Of a DNA stretch of 64,000 nucleotides, positions 26,535 through 35,599 are shown piece by piece. How positions within the stretch are numbered: the first letter of the stretch is position 1; every line of letters begins with the position of its first letter. The translations under genes and the position numbers were made by a program. Source of the DNA: Marsupella aquatica (taxonomy: Eukaryota; Plantae; Marchantiophyta); the NCBI GenBank assembly GCA_973895155.1, contig OZ316892.1:23103168-23167167 (forward strand). Direction: 5' to 3'. The notes under the pieces are model-generated. The model made no database searches, was not told the origin of the DNA, and saw nothing but the letters and a program-made list of their open reading frames with translations.

Positions 26535-26678
26535 AAATGTATGTTGTGTGGATCTGCTCAGGGAGCAGCTACTATGTTGATTTGTGATAAGTGTTCTAGA
26601 GGATGGCACATGTCATGTTTGACACCACCATTGCAGGTGATTCCTAGTGGATCATGGTTGTGTCCTCAGTGTCGGTGA
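26535..26678 (+). other. PHD finger (C4HC3) at the integrase C-terminus
   Basis: CMLC..MLICDKC..GWHMSCLTPPL..IPSGSWLCPQC. Confidence 0.9.
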
Positions 26679-26853
26679 AGCCGACTAGTTATCATTTGTG
26701 TTCTCTTGGCAGATATGGATTGCAGGTAGGTGATCGATGGGGCTCACTTGCACCCGGCCTCCTGATCTTCACACCTAAAAAGGTGTATATCAACCTTGTA
26801 GAACTCATGGCTAGCTAGAGTTAGGGGACCTTACTCCCAGCTAGGGGGGCGAT

Positions 26854-27458
26854 TGTGGGTTTTGGACATGTGTGGACATGAGTTCCACTTGTATTCCATT
26901 CTCTTGTATTTGTGATGTGGCAGTGTGACTATGTCTGGATGTATGTGACAAGCGATGTATGTTGTGTAGCGATATGTATGCGCACGACAGCTGTCACACC
27001 ATTCTGAGTAGTGTAGTAGTATATTGTGCTATTAGAGTATGTACGTTTGGTATGAGTGCTATTGGAGCCGATAAGGTTCTGTCAGGTTTGTGTGAGAGGG
27101 TACTTCTCACTTGTGAGGCATTGAAAGGTCATCTTTCAATGTTGAGCCTTGGAGAGAGAGGAGCTTGAGTGTGGCTATGGTGGCTGTGAGCTCCGCTTGT
27201 GTAACGTGGATTCCTTGAGTAGTGCAAGGTGCGTTGGCTTGACATACGTGTGTGATCGGATCGGTGCGGGATCGATGGGGTATTGTTGACCGAGATCGTT
27301 GTGCCGATTGTATGGAGATTATTGTGGGTTTTGGACATGTGTGGACATGAGTTCCACTTGTATTCCATTCTCTTGTATTTGTGATGTGGCAGTGTGACTA
27401 TGTCTGGATGTATGTGACAAGCGATGTATGTTGTGTAGCGATATGTATGCGCACGACA
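26854..27458 (+). repeat. 3' terminal B1-GC-A2-B2 array (B1 26854-26989, GC 26990-26991, A2 26992-27322, B2 27323-27458)
   Basis: B1 and B2 (136 bp) appear identical; A2 matches A1; the B1/A2 junction reads GACAGCTGTC. Confidence 0.93.
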
Positions 27459-30400
27459 TTTTTAACAATAGAAATAACTAATCAAAATAAGGTCTACATG
27501 AATTAATAGAGGAAGAAAGGTTAGGTACTAGTGGACCTGAAGTGTCTCCCTTGTGTCCACATAGCCGTCTTGGATGTCACCACTCTCAAAGGGCCATGAA
27601 CAATGGTCCGAACGTTATCTGTGATGGTAGGAAAGTGGGACACATCTCCTCCTTGTGTCACCATGTCATCCAACTCAAGCAACTTTTGCTTCATATACTC
27701 ATGCATCTTAGGAAAAATTCTTGCTCTTTGACTTGTTCTCTTGGCATTCTCATAAAACTCTCTCCATTTCTCCATGATATTACTATTACTCAACATAAAT
27801 GTTGTCAACTGTGACCACTCTGTTGATGTCAACATGCATGTTTTTGTGGCACCTGTTAAATGGTCCTCCTCCTCTTCTCTTTCCTCCATCCAAGTACGTG
27901 GACAAGTAGGATCAATGGTGGCCAAGATATTACTACAATAAAACATACTCTCTGCTGCCAAGTATCCTGTAGCTATGCTTCCCTCCACCCGTGCACGGTT
28001 ACGTACATAAGCCTTCAACACCGCCATGTAACGCTCAAGCCAATACATCCATCTACAATGCACTGGACCTGCAATGGCAACCTCCCGCACAAGATGCACA
28101 AGTAAATGAACCTGACAATCAAAGAAGGAAGGAGGAAGGGCTTTCTCCAACTTGCATACCACCTCAGCTGCCAATACCTCCATCCCAGGGATCTCTTCTA
28201 CATATATCTCCTTTGAGCATATCCATCTCAACAAATGACCCAATGACCAGATGGCATCTTGCACTTCTTCACTCCCTATACCTATAATTGCCACTGGCAA
28301 TATATGCTGCAATAGGCGATGATAGTCATGTGTCTTCAGATATCATGGCCACTTGTGATTGTCCTCCATCCCAAAAGCTTTTCGAAGGTTGGCACCATAG
28401 CCTGTAGGAAACCGCATCTCTCCTATACGGTTCCGAAATTCACGTCTTTGGCCAACACTCAACACCCAAGGAGCAGAAGGACGATTCTCCACACCTGTGA
28501 TAGGATCAGTTGTCACCCAAACATCTGGATGCATTTCCATCTCCTCGCATGCCTCCCTAAAATTAGTGTCCTTCTCCCCATAAAAATGCTTTATCAAAGC
28601 CTTCCCCACATTTCCCTCTATGTGCATGGGGTCTAAGAGATGGCGGATCTTCAACTCAGACCAATAGGGCAAAGTGGCTAGTATACTCCACCTGGTCAAA
28701 CCTGTCCTATCAAAGGTGAAGGAATCATTTGGGTCTGCCACCCTATCAGCTAGTGACTTCCAATGTGCAAAACTTGTTGCATCAGGAATTTCACGCTCAT
28801 GCATCACCAAATGGCATGTCAAAGGAGGAGAATAGAAGTGGGTCAAACCTCATCTCATGCCCCATGGGAAGAAACTTTGTATGCCCAATATAAACAATCT
28901 TTCTAATCCATGAACAATATGTGGCCATGTCCTCTAAGCTTGGGCCACAAGTAGAGCAAGCTTTGTACCCCTGAGTTTGCAATCCAGAGACAAAACCAAA
29001 CTCTGCTTACATAGAAGAAATCAAACCATGCAAACTTTATGTTAGGGTTGTCACATGAGAAACAACAATAGGAACTACACATTATTGAAGGGTTGCAAAT
29101 GGCATGGAAGTCATCTTACCAGGATAGTCATGCATTGTCCAACAAATGATCCCTCTCAATTGAAAGACACGTGGAAAACCTCCTGTAATTTTCCTGCCAT
29201 CATATGCCCACACTCCATCCCATAATTTTTGAAGTTCTCCAACCAATAGTGCCAAGTAAGTGTCAAAGTTCTTCACCTTTTTTGGACCTAGGATAATCAA
29301 AGACAATAAAAGGAACCCCTTCTTCATGGATAGCCATGGTGGGAGGTTATAATTCATGACAACCACAGGCCAAACTGATGTAGGTTGCCCCTTTTCTCCA
29401 AGTGAATGAGGGCTAACTCCATCAGATGCCAATCCTAGCCTCACATGGCGAGGATCATGTGCAAAGTCTGGCCATGTTGCCTCAATATGTTTGTGAGCAG
29501 GGGAGTCAACTGGCAACCGCATGACACCAGACTCTGATCGATGAGTCTTATGCCATACCATCAACTCTGCCAAGTCAGAACACCGATACATGTGCAACAA
29601 CCGAGGAATGATGGGAAACCAACGAACAGCCTTCCTTGGCACCTTCTTTGTTAGCATGTTGGGGTCATAGCGAGGCTCATCACATGTTGTACATTGTGTC
29701 ATGTTTGCATTGGCCCCATGAAATAACATGCAATCATTCACACATGCATGAACAATATGATATTCCATGCCAATAGATGAGAGAACACTCTTTGCCTCCT
29801 TCCAAGTTGCTGGCAACACATTCTCAGTGGGTAACATAAGGTCATGGCAAAGTGCAAACATATCAGATAACAAGGCATTGCTTGCCTTGTGTTTGGCCTG
29901 TAGGTTCATCAACCCCAAGATGGCTAAAAGACGACTCAAACGAGCACCCTCATAGATAGGTGTTCAGGCATGTTCCTCTGCTTCTTCCCATTGGCGTTGT
30001 CCCTCAGGGGTATGTCTTGGGCGTGGATCATTGGGGGGCACCTGCCCTTCATTGGGAAGGTCATCACCAGGGTTGTCGGCACCAAACCAATCAACCATAA
30101 AGTCATCCATGGCTCTATCCTGGTCATCAGTTACTTGTTCATCCGTCCGAGGTACCTCTTCATCAGGGTTACTGCTTCCACTAGCACTTGATGAGGAGTG
30201 TGACTCTGATCCATGTCCTTCTTCTGGCATTCCCATTTCTCGATATGTTGCTCTCAATCTCCGTGGTAACATATTTGGAGAGGGTCGCACATTCTAAAAA
30301 CAAAGCAAACAACTGAAAGTTATATTGCAAAGAGAACACACACAAAAATGGGCTAGGGGTGTGCAAAAATGAAATAATATTGGTTGTGGTGCAAATACAA

Positions 30401-30469
30401 AATGTGGCCAAAGGCCATATGTAGTGTCCTTTGATATGCAACATACCACCTATGACCCTTAACTTAACC

Positions 30470-31622
30470 CTAATCCCACTCATAGTGAGTAAATAACTCA
30501 TCCCCTGAGTTAATGATCCTCGTCGCTACAACTAGGCAATGGTCATGATGATATGTCTGGCCATAAGGTGCTGGCGGAGGACCCTCAATGAAAACCCACT
30601 CACAATTTTGCCTACGCTTAGGGCGAGTCCCCACGGTACTGTTTATGAAACCAGCAATATTCCCAGTCCGTATGGGGTCCCCATCTATGACACGCTGCTC
30701 ACTATACCTTCTAGTGTTTCCATCAAAAGTATCCATGTCCAATGCATAAGTCTTCCACTCAGGGTGTTGTGCAAGGATCATGTTCCAATGTCTTCTCTTG
30801 TAAATGGGTCCACCATAAGGAAACAAAGTAGGCCCCTCTCGGCCGCGTCCACCTCTACCACTCTCGGCGTCCACAATGATGTCCTCACAGGCAAAAACTC
30901 CATAGCCATGTCTATCCCCAAGTGTGGAAGGTTTGATAACCCAACGTCTACCCCAAACCTCTACCTCCTCACCGTAGGAAAGCTGTTGTGGTAAACCAAG
31001 AGTCTCAAGATCCCAGTCCTTGATGATAGGGACACATCTGCCAGTGAACTCACAATCACCCCACCTACCCGTAACCACTGCCTTGTACAAATCAGTATCC
31101 CCTCAGGCCCGCCTCTTGGAACGCTTTCTCCCTCTTGGGACAATAGCCTCAACCCCAACTTCCCTAGGACTGGTGGGCCTTGCCGCTAGACCCAAGGCTT
31201 TTGAGAATGCATTGCCTATAGCATCTAGAACACCTTGTGATGGGACATAGGGTGCTTGTGCCGCAGGTCTAGGCCTATTGGATACCTATTCCACCGAAAC
31301 CAAAACAAACAAAAGTAGGTGTGAAATTAAAAACCTTCAACCATTGAGTAATGGGAATAGGGTAGGAAAACTAAGTCATAACACTTACCATATGAGATGA
31401 AGAAGCCCCTGCCGTATGACGTCCACAACGCCCATATCTCTCAATATGTTGGGCACATATGTAAGATTTTTGGGAAACCTGACCCACACATCTGGAACAT
31501 TCACAAAGTTGACGGGGTGGACCGCGAGGAGGAGGTGCGGTCGTGTGATGTTGAGGTGGAGGTGGTGTATCTTCATCAGAGGAGGACGAGTCTGTGGTGG
31601 AGATTTCAGAAGATGAAGACAT
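30470..31622 (-). pseudogene. CACTA-borne SET-domain (lysine methyltransferase-like) gene; predicted exons 31622-31389 and 31285-30470, one in-frame TGA at 31103-31105
   Basis: IKPS..GYGVFACEDI, PYGG, IDG, GNIAGFINS, QNC, LVVATRIINSGDELFTHY. Phase-0 donor ATG|GTAAGT and acceptor AATAG|GTA. Confidence 0.8.
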
Positions 31623-32589
31623 ATCCCCTGTAACAAGATATAATTAAAATGGGTATGTTATGACCAAAACATACCACAAAATGATATAAATCAAAGTTCC
31701 CAAATAATGATGACAAGAAACCCAAACCAAAATGACCATAGCAATAAAAAAAGGTACCTTTATGAGACCCGGGCTCAGCAGTGCCAATAGGTCTTGTGGC
31801 TCTAAGATAATTAATGAACCCAATCTGAAAGTATGAGGGAAAAGCTGCAACCATTCCATGTATATGTAAGCACAATAATCTGGACCAGACAAGAACAAAA
31901 AACCCTATATACATGTCCCCTTTATACATAGTGGCAACCAAAAGTGTTAAGTACATGAAAGGAACACTTGAGCCGATCATGCAATGTTTACCTTTCAGAT
32001 CCCCGGGCTCTCACAATGCATATGCATTAGTATCAAATCATCAAAAAGTGCCGCACCCTGCAAGCTATCATATATTCCCCTCCTTTGTTAGCAAAACCCA
32101 TGCCAATCCCTTTTTGATTCATAAACCCAATGAACCTCTCTTAAACCCAAAAGGCTGCAATATAAATCTCATGAAACCTTGCTTTGTCTTATCCAAACCT
32201 TCAACCTCAAACCGCATCCTACCTATTAAACCTAAATCTGACTTACACACAAACCCAAACCTTTCTTCAACCCTAGAGACCTTTCTATTTAAAAACCCCA
32301 AACCCTAAAACCCTAAACCCAAACCTTACTTATTTCTTGTAAACCAAATCCCACACCTTTATTATTTCTTCTAAACTAATGTAAACCCAAACCTTAGCCT
32401 AAACCAACACCATACATAACCCATTAACCTGAAATCTGCCTAACCCTTCAAACCCGCCTTCAAGTATTATCTAACACCCAAAACATGGCCAAAAAGCATT
32501 CCAAATATGAGTATAGAGGGGTCCACTTCACCTTTGAAAAAAACCCTTTCAAATGAAACCAACATTCCCCCCAGGACGAGTTGCCAATG

Positions 32590-32860
32590 TCTTGCGAAGC
32601 CGCTTCCTTCGCAAATACCATCACAAATTAGAATTGAGGTTTGCGAAGCTGCTGCTTTCGCACGACCTTCAGAAAAACAGAGCTCGAGAGCATTTCTGCG
32701 AGAGAGCGAAGGTGTTGCGAAGCCTTTCACGTCGCAATGGTTTTGCAAAATTAAGAAACTACATGCGAAACGAGAAGGATCGCAACTTGCGAAACGAGAA
32801 GGATCGCAACTTGCGAAACGAGAAGGATCGCAACTTGCGAAACGGGTTGCTTCGCAAGTC
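32590..32860. repeat. Internal TTGCGAA/TTCGCAA motif array including a 24-bp unit x3, between the divergent CACTA genes
   Basis: gcgaaacgagaaggatcgcaactt occurs three times at ~32765-32840. The same core motif is seen in the subterminal regions and at 34150-34320. Confidence 0.75.
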
Positions 32861-32973
32861 TTTCCCGCTTGTACTTTTGCACTCGGCCACGGCGTACTCA
32901 ACGGCATTTGACAAATTTCAAGCGTAGGGAGGGAGAAGGGAGCTCGCGCGCGCTCGGGGGGTGGCTTAGCTAG

Positions 32974-34916
32974 ATGGATTCCAGTGGAGCAAATGGAGGT
33001 GATGGGGCAGGGGTGAGTGACAGTGGCAATGGGAATGAAGGCAATGGGGAGCAGGAGAGGAATTGATGGACCGATTTGATGGCTGAGCACCTCAATGCAG
33101 CACAATTGAGCCGCTTAGATTTGACTACACCAGTAGGGATTGCTTCTTTGAGTGCAATCCTAGGGCAAGCCTTGCAAACGGGAGTAGATGCAAGGAACAT
33201 TGCAAGGGAGGAGGAGCAAAGGAGTGCAGCTCAACAGAAGGCAAGAGAGAAGAAGCGTAAGAAGGAGGAGAGGGCCAAGGCAGGACTAGTCTCACCTGCT
33301 GCCCTAGAGAAGAAGAGGAGGAGAGAGGAACAAGATGAGATAAGAGCACAGCGGGAGGAGCAGCGAAAGAAGGAAGAAGCTGCCTATGATTGCCTTGATC
33401 AAAGGCATTCCTACTGAACTGGCCTACACCGGGGCAAAGAGCACTATCAGGCTTATGGTGTGCTCCAATTTTGCACGAGGAGTTGAGTGGGGGAAACTCA
33501 GCAAGGCAGACCAGAAGAAAGTAATGAGTCAAATCAAAGATTCATTTCGAAATGGAGCAGAGATTGATGAACAGTAGCTTGCAGATAGAATTTCCAATTC
33601 AATGTCTCAAGCACGGTACCATGATAGGAAGAAGGTAAGGGCCTACCTGGCAAACTTGGAGGAGTACAAAAACGTGAGGAGGCCGCTGCAATTCACTGAG
33701 GACGTGTGGAATGCCTTTTACAAAGTGGAGGTGCAAATGAGAGCTGCCAGGAACCTTCTCTTCTGGAAGGAGATGGAAGCCAAGGCACAGAAGGCCGGGA
33801 AGTCCGACCGAGACCTCAAGGCAATGGCTGAGAAGGTGTCTCACATGCAGCACATTCTGGATGAAGTGGGGGCACCACCCCAAAAATTCATCCTTGCAGC
33901 TGAGCGAGTCAGAAAACGGCCCAAGACCACGCACAAGATGGGCCAAGGTGGACTTCCCGGCCTCAAAGCACACTTTGTGAGTGGGCCCTCTCCTCCCCTG
34001 CTTCTGTTTCCTTGCTTTCGATTGGTATCCAAACCTGCAATGCCCCCCCTGCATACCTCTTGTTTCTTTCTTACGGCCTGCCTTGTACTTTAGGTCACCC
34101 TGACACATTGCGTGCCTTAGAGATTTCTTGGAATTTTTTAAAAACAGAGTTTGCGAAGCTTTTGCGATGCGGGTTGCTTCGCAAATGTTTCACAAAGTCT
34201 ATCATGACATTTTTTAAAGTTGTAGATGCGAAGCTATTGCAAACTAACCCGCTTCGCAAACTACTTCGCAAACAGCCAATTTATTTGAATTTGCGAAGTG
34301 GGGAGTTTCGCAAGTGTGTATTATGTTTAAAAAATACCGCTAAGGGTTATTGAGCCCAGTTTTGTGTTAGGGGGCACCCTATTAGCACCTCCATGCATTT
34401 TTCTTGGGTTTATGGCATATTAACCTCGATCGATTTTGGTTTTGGAATGTTTGGTTGTGGTAGTATAAGAGGTACCGCAGGAAGATAACAGCAAAAGAGA
34501 TGGAGATAGGAGCTGCGCATGGAGCCAAACATCTCTTTGACTTGGTTGACGCAGAGTTGGCGACTGTAAGTGCATGTATTCCCTTCAATTTTTCCCACCC
34601 AATCCACTTATCTTTTCATTCCGTAAACCTAAACCAATTTGGCGTTGTGCTGTGCAAACAGGATGATGAGGATGCCAGTGATACCAGCAGCACCGATGAG
34701 AACAATGAGGGGACCACGACAAAGGGGCCCAAGGTAGGAGGGAGTAGTGGATCTGGACCAGTAGGAGGAGTTTCCCAGCAGGAGGGGGAGGATGAGGACG
34801 AGGAGGAACCAGATGTGGAGGAGCAGCCAGCACCACCTCCTATGCCACGTCCGGATTGTTGCAAGAGGGACAAGGGGAAGAGGCCGGCGACAAGGAGTAG
34901 GAGGACCCCATTCTAG
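32974..34916 (+). pseudogene. Second CACTA gene (TnpA/accessory-like), degenerate and spliced
   Basis: ATG at 32974 in frame with the 33076 ORF across a TGA; charged coiled-coil; frameshift near 33400; HKMGQGG motif before a GT donor; acidic low-complexity last exon. The family assignment is tentative. Confidence 0.55.
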
Positions 34917-35599
34917 AGCTTGGTGGTGTAGTGCCTATGGGATGCCCATTTACTTAGTGTAGTATATAGTTTTGATATGGGTAGTCTTATAGGGACCTAG
35001 CTTGTCATATGACACCCATCTAGGGTTTAGGGTTTAGGAAACCCTAATTTTTGTGTACCTATCAATTTTCTATAAAGCAATTTTGATTCAGACCTCATTC
35101 TCCATGTTGGACAACAAGACCCCAACCATAATTCAAAACTCTAAATCTAAACCCTAGCCTCAAGACAGCTTGCGAAACCTATGCGAACAACCCAAATCGA
35201 ATATTTACCATACTGAAGGTATCGCAAACATTATGCAAACCACATAAGTTCACACAAATGCGAAGCGATCTTCATGGCATAACTACCATTCATTTAATAT
35301 CGCAAACATATTACCAAACTCCTGGGATTGCAAATATGGAACTTCTTCATTATTATCGCAAGCCTCTCGCGACGCCCACGGAGTCACTTAAATGTGAGTC
35401 CTTTGTGATTCTATTAGTGTCGCACGTTGCGAAGGCGTTGCGAAGGTCTTGCAAAAGACCGGATGCGAACCTTTGGGCTTCGCAGTTTGCGATTCTATTG
35501 CGATGCGCGATACTTCGCAAAGGCGAGTTTTGTTTTTTGATTTCCTTTGTTGTTTGCGATGCTTTCAAGTTTGCAAAAGGTGTAGGTAGTGTTGTAGTG

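Larger units (their letters stand above)
19762..26678 (+). pseudogene. Gag-Pol polyprotein of the Gypsy-type element (gag, 2 zinc knuckles, aspartic protease, DNMT, RT, RNase H, integrase, PHD), with 5 in-frame TAG stops and one frameshift
   Basis: CWTCGGDHAQRYC and CDHCGAPGHTKDRC; VLLDTGAQ; RMCGDYR, LDLRAGYHQ, LPFGLKNAP, YIDD; LHTDWS, TDHQPL; HEELGH..CVVC, DFAGP, TDQGTEF, GLAER. Stops at 20749, 22791, 23550, 23964 and 25632; frame change near 21650. Confidence 0.92.
17866..27458 (+). mobile_element. Ty3/Gypsy-type retrotransposon encoding a DNA methyltransferase and a PHD finger, with split direct repeats
   Basis: TGTCA...CGACA termini; TSD TTTTT (17861-17865 and 27459-27463); sits in the last intron of the CACTA transposase. 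Domain order gag-PR-(DNMT)-RT-RH-IN-PHD. PPT-like TAGGGGGGCGAT at 26842-26853. Confidence 0.93.
17205..31622 (-). pseudogene. CACTA TnpD-type transposase; predicted exons 31622-31389, 30293-29120, ~29002-27537, 17694-17205, with premature stops and a frameshift
   Basis: N-terminal CECSRC..HI motif, PIYEG, HACVNDCMLF, RLGLASDG, SVWPV, NLPPW, HDYP, DPMHIEGNV, LKTHDYH, GPVHCRWMY..ER, EGSI, FKCKW. In-frame TGA at 29964-29966 and 28343-28345. Confidence 0.9.
16260..35599. mobile_element. CACTA (En/Spm, CMC) DNA transposon
   Basis: TIRs CACTACAACA and TGTTGTAGTG; 3-bp TSD TTT (16257-16259 and 35600-35602). Removing the element restores the Copia RT reading LSQGHYARK|VLARFNM. Dense TTGCGAA/TTCGCAA subterminal motifs at both ends. 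Confidence 0.95.

Noticed and set aside
32285-35050. Telomere-like AAACCCT/TAGGGTT runs (~32300 and ~35020)
   Set aside because: Only 2-3 imperfect units; telo-box-like motifs are common in plant TEs and promoters.
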